Position numbers and translations under genes: made by a program. Shown here in pieces: positions 37,862-46,039 of a stretch of 53,985 nucleotides of DNA. Position 1 is the first letter of the stretch; each line of letters starts with the position of its first letter. The stretch comes from a virus (taxonomy: Duplodnaviria; Caudoviricetes). The notes beneath the pieces were generated by a model that searched no databases, had not been told where the DNA came from, and saw only the letters and a program-made list of their open reading frames with translations. Where the stretch lies: IMG/VR virus record IMGVR_UViG_3300010370_000051, positions 1 through 53,985 of that record. One strand, 5' to 3'.

Positions 37862-38186
37862 CTTTTTTGATTCCGATATTATTCAAGAAGAACTGAAAGA
37901 AATCAATAAGTTGCAAGAGGAGATTTACGGAAGTATTCTCACTTTTGGTGCGATGAACCGTGAAACAAAACTGGAACACATTGAAAAACTACAAGTGCTC
38001 CTTGAAAAGCAACGTGTAATGTATACACGTCTGTCTCTTTCTGATGACCCCGAAGCGGTTGAGATGAAAGAGAACCTTCGCAAATCAGTTGCCCTGATGG
38101 GATTCCCACCAGAGACTGATATGAGCATCCTGTTCAGCAGTATGGACAAGACAATCGAATCTCTCAAGCGATACGTTGACCGCTGA
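37854..38186 (+). CDS. DUF1825-like conserved cyanobacterial/cyanophage protein
   Basis: FFDSDIIQEE...KQRVMYTRLSLSDDP. Confidence 0.85.
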   Translation: MSSFFDSDIIQEELKEINKLQEEIYGSILTFGAMNRETKLEHIEKLQVLLEKQRVMYTRLSLSDDPEAVEMKENLRKSVALMGFPPETDMSILFSSMDKTIESLKRYVDR

Positions 38187-38195
38187 TAAATACTT

Positions 38196-38283
38196 GTGCC
38201 TGATCGGGTGACACTTTTCAGGTAGAAAAGGGCACCGATGCCCTTTTCTTGTATAAATACTTATGTCACCCGATTAGAGAAGA
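38196..38283 (+). promoter_or_regulatory. Structured leader B upstream of Seg-like endonuclease
   Basis: gtgcctg-N11-cttttcaggt, 11-bp hairpin, TATAAATA (38252), antisense arm tgtcacccgattag. Confidence 0.75.
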
Positions 38284-38979
38284 ATGAAGAAGTATTTTTA
38301 TGTGTATTATTCTTATGAGGAATACGGAAGAGGTTATATTGGTAGTAGAGTCTGTGATTGTCTTCCAGAAAATGATGTAAAATATTTTGGTTCTTATAGA
38401 GATAAATCTTTTAAACCAAATCAAAAAATTATTCTAGAAGTATTTGATAATGTGGAAAAGGCACTTGAAGCAGAATGTGTTCTTCATAATTTCTATGAGG
38501 TAGATAAAAATCCTCATTTTGCTAATAAGGCAAAACAAACTTCTAAAAAGTTTTATCATTGTTCATTTGGTGAAGAAAATCCTTCAAAGAGAGACAATGT
38601 TAGAGAAAAAATTAGGTTAGGAAAACTTGGAGAAAATAATCCAGCAAAAAGACCAGAAGTTAGAGAAAAACTTTCTGTTGCTCGTAAGAAAAGAATAACA
38701 ACCGAAGAAACAAAAAGAAAAATGAGTGAAGCACATAAAGGAAGACCTTCACCAAAAGGAATGTTAGGTAAAAAACTTACTGAAGAACAAAAGCAAATAA
38801 TGAGAGAAAAAAGGGAAAAATTTAATAATAAAAATTGGTTATTAAAAGACCCTGAAGGAAAAATTCATACCACAAATAATTTAAAATATTTTTGTAATTT
38901 AAATAATTTAACTGATTCTGCTATGCATCGTGTAATTTCTGGTAAAAGAAAACACCATAAAGGTTGGACCAGGGCTTGA
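38284..38979 (+). CDS. Seg-like GIY-YIG homing endonuclease with NUMOD3, paralog of 36273
   Basis: MKKYFYVYYSYEEYGRGYIGSR; TEETKRKMSEAHKG; HHKGW. Confidence 0.85.
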   Translation: MKKYFYVYYSYEEYGRGYIGSRVCDCLPENDVKYFGSYRDKSFKPNQKIILEVFDNVEKALEAECVLHNFYEVDKNPHFANKAKQTSKKFYHCSFGEENPSKRDNVREKIRLGKLGENNPAKRPEVREKLSVARKKRITTEETKRKMSEAHKGRPSPKGMLGKKLTEEQKQIMREKREKFNNKNWLLKDPEGKIHTTNNLKYFCNLNNLTDSAMHRVISGKRKHHKGWTRA

Positions 38980-39004
38980 CATCCCTTTATAGATCTTCTA
39001 TAAT
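38976..39004 (+). promoter_or_regulatory. sigma70 promoter of gp32
   Basis: TTGACA-17 nt-TATAAT. Confidence 0.9.
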
Positions 39005-39057
39005 AAAGTTGTCGCAAAACCAAATCCGACAAATCCAATTTATCCAAAGTAATCCAA

Positions 39058-39984
39058 ATGTCATTCCAAGACCTTAAAAAACAATCCAAACTCGGCAATC
39101 TTACTGCTAAACTTGTTAAAGAAGTTGAAAAGATGAGTAGCAGTAGTTCTTCTTCCGATGAACGTTTCTGGAAATTAGAGTGTGATAAAGCAAATAATGG
39201 ATTCGCTGTAATTCGTTTCCTCCCTGCTCCGAACGGTGAGGACCTGCCGTTTGTAAAGATTTATTCTCACGCTTTTCAGGGAGTATCTGGTTGGTATATT
39301 GAAAACAGTTTAACTACTCTGGGTCAGAAGGATCCTGTGTCCGAACTGAACTCTGAACTGTGGAACAACGGTACTGATGCTGGTAAAGAACTGGCACGTA
39401 AGCAGAAGCGCAAACTGACTTATGTGTCTAACATCTACGTGGTGAAGGATCCTGCCAACCCCGAGAACGAAGGTAAAGTCTTCCTGTTCAAGTACGGTAA
39501 AAAGATCTTCGACAAATTGACTGCTGCAATGCAACCAGAGTTTGAAGATGAGGAAGCAATCGATCCGTTTGACTTCTGGCAAGGTGCCAACTTCAAACTG
39601 AAGGCAAAGAACGTTGCTGGTTATCGTAACTATGATTCTAGTGAGTTTGCTAAACAAGGTGCTCTGCTGGACGATGATGACGCTATGGAAGCAGTGTGGA
39701 AGAAGCAGTATTCTCTTGCCGAACTCGTTGCTGCTGATCAGTTCAAGTCCTATGATGAACTGAAGAAGCGTCTTGACTATGTGCTTGGCACCAAAGGCAC
39801 TCCCCGTTATCAGGACCCTGAAGATCTGGATGAAGACAACACCCGTGGTTCTACTCGTGAACTTACTGAAGACCTCCGTGAAGAACTATCTTCTCTGAAA
39901 CCCACTCGCCGTGCTGCTGCGGTTGAGGAAGATGAGGACGATGTGGACGACACTTTGTCATATTTCGCAAAATTGGCAGAATAA
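39058..39984 (+). CDS. gp32: ssDNA-binding protein gp32
   Basis: DERFWK, AVIRFLPA, WYIENS, YGKKIFDK, NYDSSEF, acidic tail. Confidence 0.97.
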   Translation: MSFQDLKKQSKLGNLTAKLVKEVEKMSSSSSSSDERFWKLECDKANNGFAVIRFLPAPNGEDLPFVKIYSHAFQGVSGWYIENSLTTLGQKDPVSELNSELWNNGTDAGKELARKQKRKLTYVSNIYVVKDPANPENEGKVFLFKYGKKIFDKLTAAMQPEFEDEEAIDPFDFWQGANFKLKAKNVAGYRNYDSSEFAKQGALLDDDDAMEAVWKKQYSLAELVAADQFKSYDELKKRLDYVLGTKGTPRYQDPEDLDEDNTRGSTRELTEDLREELSSLKPTRRAAAVEEDEDDVDDTLSYFAKLAE

Positions 39985-39999
39985 AATCTGTGCTATAAT

Positions 40000-40027
40000 A
40001 AGGGGAGATGAGACCTCCCCTTTTTTT
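40000..40027 (+). terminator. Terminator after gp32
   Basis: aaggggag-atgagac-ctcccctt + T run. Confidence 0.85.
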
Positions 40028-40618
40028 ATGAAATCTGATTATTATATTGATAAGATTTCTAAAAAACAAGCAGAAGAACTACTCCTAGAATACCACTATC
40101 TTAAAGATATTTCTAAAGGATTCAAATCGGGAAAAAATTACGGTTTGTTTAAGAAAAATGATTTTAGTCCTTTGAATATCGGTGGTCTTCTGGGAGTTTG
40201 TATTTTTACAAATTTACCAGTCCCAGAATTAGCACAAGGAGCATTTGGATTAGAACGAAATGAGCAAGAAGGACTCTTTGAACTTTCAAGACTTTGCATA
40301 CATCCTGACACCCAACAAACAGAGTATAATATCACTTCTTGGTTCGTTTCAAGAGCGATTAAACAGTTACGAAAGGATACTAAAGTCAAAGCAATCATCT
40401 CTTACGCTGATAACGATTTCCATACTGGTACAATCTACCGTGCTTGTAATTTTAAATATTGCGGACTCACAGACCCAAAGAAAGATTTCTACTATGCAGA
40501 CGGAACTAAACACTCTAGAGGCAAAATTAAAGGTGCTGCAGGAGAATGGAAAGAACGTTCCCGCAAACACCGATATGTAATGGTTTTTGATAAGAACTTA
40601 GAACTCTTATGGGTTTGA
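40028..40618 (+). CDS. Mom-like (GNAT) DNA adenine-modification protein
   Basis: YHYL, GVCIF, ELSRL, SWFVSR, ISYAD...GTIYRACNF. Confidence 0.8.
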   Translation: MKSDYYIDKISKKQAEELLLEYHYLKDISKGFKSGKNYGLFKKNDFSPLNIGGLLGVCIFTNLPVPELAQGAFGLERNEQEGLFELSRLCIHPDTQQTEYNITSWFVSRAIKQLRKDTKVKAIISYADNDFHTGTIYRACNFKYCGLTDPKKDFYYADGTKHSRGKIKGAAGEWKERSRKHRYVMVFDKNLELLWV

Positions 40619-41254
40619 TGCTTTAGTATTCTCAGTTTTAATTAATCTATTATCCACATATTGCGATGACTCAGCATATGTCATCGCTTTTCTTGTATCG
40701 AGAAGTACTTGTTGTAAGTACCTTGGTTTTAAAACATAAATTGAACGCTTGTCTTCATTTTTTGCAACTTCATATTCATAGTTAGAAATACCGACTACTG
40801 GATTTAATGTTTCTGTTGGAGTATTTGGATCTGGAATTGTAAACCCAGAATCAACTACTTTTCCAGCAGGAAGAATTAATCTATCTCTAGAATCTTTGAC
40901 TTCTGTGGTTTCATAGTGATGAATTTGATTTAAATCATTTCCATACTTTTCATAAGAATAGTCGTAAATATCTTTACTTGACAATGGCCACTCATCTCTA
41001 ATGTGTGTGATTCCAGCACTTACAATTACAACCCAGTCATATTGAGAACTACCATAGAGTTCTTCTGCAACAGTCTCTGGGCGAGCGCCATCAACAATCT
41101 GATACTTATCAAAAATTGTAAAGACGTTATGTAAATCATCACGAAGTTTAACTCTACGAAAAAGGTTTTTTACAGTCAAATATTGATCTGATGATTTGCT
41201 ATCAGACAAAAATGATTGATATTCTAGATTTGGTAGTTCTCTAAAGTAAGACAT
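40607..41254 (-). CDS. gp53: Baseplate wedge subunit gp53
   Basis: YF..LP, NLFRR, RPETVAEELYG...DWVV, WP, HHYET. Confidence 0.9.
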   Translation of the reverse strand: MSYFRELPNLEYQSFLSDSKSSDQYLTVKNLFRRVKLRDDLHNVFTIFDKYQIVDGARPETVAEELYGSSQYDWVVIVSAGITHIRDEWPLSSKDIYDYSYEKYGNDLNQIHHYETTEVKDSRDRLILPAGKVVDSGFTIPDPNTPTETLNPVVGISNYEYEVAKNEDKRSIYVLKPRYLQQVLLDTRKAMTYAESSQYVDNRLIKTENTKASNP

Positions 41255-42162
41255 TAGAATCCAACTCCTTCTGCTCCGATATCAGATTCGTAATCCTCAG
41301 CATAAATTGGCGTGAGTTCTTGAAAGGATAACCCCAATTGAATATTGACTGGTGCCCCATCAGAATATGTTGCATAAACTCCACCTGGTGCATAATCAAC
41401 TGACATACCTAGAAGAGCACATATTTTAAATTTATTCAAATATGGGTGTGGTTTAGATCCACACATATATTGAATTCTAAAAACTTCAGGTGCTTGTAAA
41501 AATAATCCTGCTGCATTTTGACCTGCTTTTCCTCTTTTAGCAGCACTATGAGATTTGAATTTTCTAATAATTTCTTTAACTGCAAGGGCTTCATCTTGAG
41601 AACGTGGAGTTATATCAAATCCAAAGGAAAAACCATCTCTAAGATTAACACCACTAAAAACAAGTTCTATATTTGAGTTTGCTACTACACCTGCATACCT
41701 TGATGGAATATTGCTATCAGATTTTCCTAAAATTGCATTTGCTGCCATTGAAATAGCAAGTGCTTGACCATACTTTTGAGCAGTTCCAGACATTGCTGCT
41801 CCAAAATATTTGTCAGTTGTTAATTTAACTTTTTCTTTAAAATCGTCAACTGATTTTGTGTTAAGAAGACCAGCACCACCAGCGACAACCGCAGCTTGAA
41901 TTGGATTTAAAGAACTTGGTCCCCATTGCACCTTATTACTATCCGCTACACTGTCAGGTATTGGGAGAATAATAGTTCCTAATATATTCGTAATATCTCC
42001 AGCAATCGCTGCTGTGATTTTATCGCTCGCTGATGGTAATGATAAAGTGTCTCCCTCAGGTACAACTCCAGGCGGAGTATACTTAACAATATCTATTTTT
42101 AAATAATCATCAGAGGATTCAAGTTTTGATAATGGATACCTATAGTTAAACGGTGCTGCCAT
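41254..42162 (-). CDS. gp48: Baseplate tail-tube cap gp48
   Basis: ELVF.G..LR.FSF.F...PRS..EA; P.VF.I.Y; CAL..MSVDY; LSFQELTP. Confidence 0.88.
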   Translation of the reverse strand: MAAPFNYRYPLSKLESSDDYLKIDIVKYTPPGVVPEGDTLSLPSASDKITAAIAGDITNILGTIILPIPDSVADSNKVQWGPSSLNPIQAAVVAGGAGLLNTKSVDDFKEKVKLTTDKYFGAAMSGTAQKYGQALAISMAANAILGKSDSNIPSRYAGVVANSNIELVFSGVNLRDGFSFGFDITPRSQDEALAVKEIIRKFKSHSAAKRGKAGQNAAGLFLQAPEVFRIQYMCGSKPHPYLNKFKICALLGMSVDYAPGGVYATYSDGAPVNIQLGLSFQELTPIYAEDYESDIGAEGVGF

Positions 42163-42175
42163 TTATGTTTTTTAA

Positions 42176-42553
42176 TTATTTAGTTCTAATATTGCTAAAT
42201 GGTAGTCTTCTTAGATCGGCAATTTCTTGTTGATAAACTTCATAAAAACCTCCAGCAACTTCATCCCAGGTGTATTGTCTGGATTCTCCCCAGTGAAAAT
42301 TAATACCTTTAAAACCCCACTTATAAACATCAGTTACAGCAACTAGTGGATTTTGATCATATCTTACACCAGGAGTTTTTGCATTATAGACAAAGACATA
42401 ATACTTACCAACAACTGGAGGAGTTCTAGTTTCTGTTAAAACACTCCTTAGTTTAGTCATCAAGTCATCAGAAGTTTCTATGCCCAATAAATTTTTTACT
42501 AATGGAGCAATGCGATTTACTTTTCCTCTTTGTTGAAGTGTCTTTCTAGGCAT
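42176..42553 (-). CDS. Hypothetical protein, gp2 (DNA end protector)-like
   Basis: GKYYVFVYNAKT...YDQNPLV...GINFHW. Confidence 0.65.
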   Translation of the reverse strand: MPRKTLQQRGKVNRIAPLVKNLLGIETSDDLMTKLRSVLTETRTPPVVGKYYVFVYNAKTPGVRYDQNPLVAVTDVYKWGFKGINFHWGESRQYTWDEVAGGFYEVYQQEIADLRRLPFSNIRTK

Positions 42554-42990
42554 TACCGAATACCAAGTTCGTTTTCTGTGAGCACTTTGAATTCATATCC
42601 TCTATCAGCACACCACTCTTTTGCTGCTTCCCATTTTGATTGATTTTTAGCATATTCATAAACCTCAGCAATATATTTCTTCGTTTGTCTTTGAGGTTTT
42701 TGTGGTGGTGCAGTTTGTTTTGATGGTTTAATTTCAATCATATATTTCTTGATTGAACCATTCGCTTCTTTGACTTTAATTAGAAAATCAGGAAAATAAC
42801 GGTGTATTTTACCATCTATTGGAGAACGGTAAGGAATACATTTTTCTTCTGATGCCCACTCAATGATATTTTCATTTAAGTCGCAATAAACACAAAACTT
42901 ACGCTCCCATAAAGAACGATAGATGATATTTGTTGGATCACCCTTGTACTTTTCTGGAAAGGATGGTTTATATTTTCCTTTATATGACAT
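42553..42990 (-). CDS. gp4: Head completion nuclease gp4
   Basis: KYKGDP..IIYRSLWE, WASEE, HRYFPDF, IEIKP, NQSKW. Confidence 0.93.
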   Translation of the reverse strand: MSYKGKYKPSFPEKYKGDPTNIIYRSLWERKFCVYCDLNENIIEWASEEKCIPYRSPIDGKIHRYFPDFLIKVKEANGSIKKYMIEIKPSKQTAPPQKPQRQTKKYIAEVYEYAKNQSKWEAAKEWCADRGYEFKVLTENELGIR

Positions 42991-43030
42991 CTAAATACTT
43001 ATACTATAAAACTCATATAAGGTATTTAGA
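42990..43030. promoter_or_regulatory. Opposed late promoters for divergent genes
   Basis: CTAAATA on + at 42991 and on - at 43023-43029, within an inverted repeat. Confidence 0.7.
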
Positions 43031-43861
43031 GTGGCAGTAAGATCCCGTAGAATATCTGATATCAAACCATTATTTACAAATCTTGCTCAAACCTCTCATT
43101 ATCAAGTAAGATTTGGAGGATTACCTACACCTTTAATATCTTATTTAAGTCGCAGAGGGGTTAATTCTTTTTTCATTAATGAGAATGCTGGACTTCTTTG
43201 TTATGCTGCATCTTTACCTACAGCATCTTTTGCCACTAAATCCGTTGATGGCAACTTTATGGGAATACAGGAAAAGTTTGCCAAAGCAAGAGTGTACTCT
43301 GAGATTGGATTAGACTTTTATGTGGATAAAAATTATTATAATCTAAAATTCTTAGAGCACTGGATGGAGTTCATTGCAAGTGGATCTCATAACCCAATTG
43401 ACAATAGTTCTGCCGGTGCGGTAAGTCAGAGAAATGCAAACTATTTTATAAGAATGCAGTATCCTGAATATTATAAGTGTAACTCTACTACTATTACTAA
43501 ATTTGATAGAGATTATAATGCAGAAATTGAATATACTTTTATAGGTTTATGGCCAGTATCTTTAAGTGCTCCATCAATTTCATATGTACAGTCTGATATA
43601 CTAAAAGTATCGGCATCTTTTCAGTATGATAGGTATATTGCTGGACGTGCATTGAGTAACAATTCATTTGGTGGTAACTTTAATAATATTGATTCAACAT
43701 CTCCATTAGCAGCACCTCAAAACGCTGAGCAACAACAATTAATTCCAGTTCGTGGAAGTAGTGGTGTTGTTTTTAGAAATGCTAATCAAACACAAGCAGA
43801 AGCAACAGTTACAAATTCATTTACTGATTCTCGTGGTCGTCCAGTAGTTAACGGATACTAA
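43031..43861 (+). CDS. Tail tube / baseplate-tube initiator (gp54/gp19-like)
   Basis: LLC..ASLP, FYVD, FLEHWMEFI, YP..YK, F.YDRY; synteny. Confidence 0.75.
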   Translation: MAVRSRRISDIKPLFTNLAQTSHYQVRFGGLPTPLISYLSRRGVNSFFINENAGLLCYAASLPTASFATKSVDGNFMGIQEKFAKARVYSEIGLDFYVDKNYYNLKFLEHWMEFIASGSHNPIDNSSAGAVSQRNANYFIRMQYPEYYKCNSTTITKFDRDYNAEIEYTFIGLWPVSLSAPSISYVQSDILKVSASFQYDRYIAGRALSNNSFGGNFNNIDSTSPLAAPQNAEQQQLIPVRGSSGVVFRNANQTQAEATVTNSFTDSRGRPVVNGY

Positions 43862-43896
43862 CTAAATATTTTTAACTGAAGTTTTTACAGGTTATT

Positions 43897-44616
43897 ATGC
43901 CTTTACCAAAAATTGTTACACCAACGTATGAGTTGGAAATTCCTTCATTAAATAAAACAATCAAATATCGACCTTTTCTAGTTAAAGAAGAAAAGATTTT
44001 AATTATTGCAATGGAGAGTGAAGATCCAAAACAAATTGCAGAAGCAGTTAAAACAGTAATCGGAAACTGTATTCTGACTAGAGGAATTAAAATTGAGCAA
44101 TTATCTACATTTGATATTGAATACTTGTTCTTAAATATTCGTGGAAAATCTGTAGGGGAAGAGGTAGAAGTTCTCATAACTTGTCCAGATGACGGAGTAA
44201 CACAAGTTCCTGTAGCAATCAGTTTAGACGAAATTAGAGTACAAGTAAAACCAGAGCATACTAGAGATATTAAACTTGATGATCAACTTACATTGAGAAT
44301 GAAGTATCCTTCAATGCAAGAATTTGTCAAGAATAATTTTTCAAGTGAAACTGATATGAGTGTCGATGATACATTTGGTATGATTTCTTCTTGTGTAGAG
44401 CAAATTTATAGTGAAGAGGAGTCTTGGGCATCTTCTGATGTAACTAAAAAAGAGTTAAATGAATTCCTAGAACAGTTGAGTTCAAAACAATTTAAAAAGA
44501 TTGAAAAATTCTTTGAGACAATGCCAAAACTCACACACACTGTAACTGTAAAAAATCCAAATACAGGTGTTGAAAATGAAATTCTTTTGGAGGGTTTAGC
44601 ATCTTTTTTCGGCTAG
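43897..44616 (+). CDS. gp26: Baseplate hub assembly protein gp26
   Basis: MPLPK..P.Y, YRPFLVKEEK, IRGKSVGE, FFETMPKL, GLASFF. Confidence 0.92.
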   Translation: MPLPKIVTPTYELEIPSLNKTIKYRPFLVKEEKILIIAMESEDPKQIAEAVKTVIGNCILTRGIKIEQLSTFDIEYLFLNIRGKSVGEEVEVLITCPDDGVTQVPVAISLDEIRVQVKPEHTRDIKLDDQLTLRMKYPSMQEFVKNNFSSETDMSVDDTFGMISSCVEQIYSEEESWASSDVTKKELNEFLEQLSSKQFKKIEKFFETMPKLTHTVTVKNPNTGVENEILLEGLASFFG

Positions 44617-44618
44617 GA

Positions 44619-44792
44619 ATGGCGCACGTTGATCTTGCGTCATATTATAAAACAAATTTTGCCCTCATTCAGCATCATAAATACTCTTTGAATGAACTAG
44701 AAAATATGATCCCTTGGGAAAGGGAAATCTATATTGGACTCCTTCATCAATACATTGAAGAAGAAAACTTAAAGAATTCATCTAATGGCTAA
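44619..44792 (+). CDS. gp51: Baseplate hub assembly catalyst gp51-like
   Basis: Manually translated: YYKTNFALIQHHKYSL.ELENMIPWEREIY. Confidence 0.88.
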   Translation: MAHVDLASYYKTNFALIQHHKYSLNELENMIPWEREIYIGLLHQYIEEENLKNSSNG

Positions 44793-46038
44793 CGGAAATA
44801 CCTCATCACTTGTAGGTCTCCAAGATCAATTAAATACTGTGCGTTCAGAAGTTTTTACGATCAATTCTGGACTTCAGAATATAGCGGGATTAATTCAAAC
44901 TGATAGTTTTCTTGATCAACAAAAACTACGTGATGAAAGAGAGCAACAAAGATTATTAAATGAAAGAGAAATAAGACTTGGACAAGAAGAGCAGTTACAA
45001 CAGAGAGTTTCTGTATCTTTAGTCCAACCTATAGTTAAACTTGAAAATAAAATAACTCCCGTATTTGAAAGAATTACAAGTGTTCTTAAATATTTGTTTG
45101 TTGGTTTTCTTGGAAAAAATGTACTAGGTATTGTAAAATTTGGTGCTGACAAAAGCATTAAAGCGATTAATTTAATTGGAAGCACTATTAGAAATGCTTT
45201 TGGACTTATTGGATCTGGATTTTCACTATTGAAAAGTGGATTTTCTTCAGTAATTAATGGAGTTCAATCAATTACTTCAAAAATTGCAAAAAATGCAGTT
45301 AGATTAGTATCATCACCATTTAAAGCAATTTCTGATATTTTTAAAAATTTATTTAAAGTTGGTGGAGGTCGAACCGCCGCGACGGCTGGCGGTGTTGTCG
45401 GTGAGGCAACCTTAGAATCTGGATTTTTAAACATTCTTAAAAATGTTGGTAAAGTAGGTACAAGTGTTGTAAGTGGATTTTCTCTAGCACAAAATCTTAA
45501 AGAAGGTGATATTCCTGGAGCGGCATTTAATGCAGCATCAATAATTCCTTCACCTATACAATTTCCAGCAGCGGTAGCAGGTCTTGGATATGAAACTCTT
45601 ACTGGTGGTGGAATTGATATGAGAAAAATGTTATCTAGTGGTAAAGAAGCATCACAAAAATTTAATTTCAATATCAGTCAGTTAAATCCATTGAATATTG
45701 ATTTTTCTAAAATGGGTGAAAAGATTTTTGGATCTGAAACTGCAAATCTTGATGCACCAGCAAGAGAAGTCCAAGGTAACGTAGAAACGCCAAAAGCAAC
45801 TCCAAAACCAGTTAAATTAGAAACAATACCACAACAACCAATTAGGCAAACTCCCACAATTGGAACGTTACCAGAACCACCTCCTGATGTTGTATATTTG
45901 CAGAATAATCAACAAAATTCTACTTCAGTTGCTTCTGGGGAATCACGTACCATTACAGATGTTCCTTTAATACCATCATCAAATCCTGATAACTTCTATG
46001 CATTATATGCTCAAGTTAGCTATAATGTGGTAACGTAA
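44785..46038 (+). CDS. Putative tail / tape-measure-like protein
   Basis: Helical amphipathic repeats and coiled coil; position after gp51. Confidence 0.55.
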   Translation: MANGNTSSLVGLQDQLNTVRSEVFTINSGLQNIAGLIQTDSFLDQQKLRDEREQQRLLNEREIRLGQEEQLQQRVSVSLVQPIVKLENKITPVFERITSVLKYLFVGFLGKNVLGIVKFGADKSIKAINLIGSTIRNAFGLIGSGFSLLKSGFSSVINGVQSITSKIAKNAVRLVSSPFKAISDIFKNLFKVGGGRTAATAGGVVGEATLESGFLNILKNVGKVGTSVVSGFSLAQNLKEGDIPGAAFNAASIIPSPIQFPAAVAGLGYETLTGGGIDMRKMLSSGKEASQKFNFNISQLNPLNIDFSKMGEKIFGSETANLDAPAREVQGNVETPKATPKPVKLETIPQQPIRQTPTIGTLPEPPPDVVYLQNNQQNSTSVASGESRTITDVPLIPSSNPDNFYALYAQVSYNVVT

Positions 46039-46039
46039 G

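Noticed and set aside
29679-38979. Group I introns or inteins around the endonuclease genes
   Set aside because: Flanking genes (thyX, phoH, exonuclease, gp33, gp59, gp32) are intact and uninterrupted; the endonucleases are intergenic
39911-40027. Upstream start for the Mom-like ORF
   Set aside because: Overlaps gp32 and its terminator; ATG 40028 fits better
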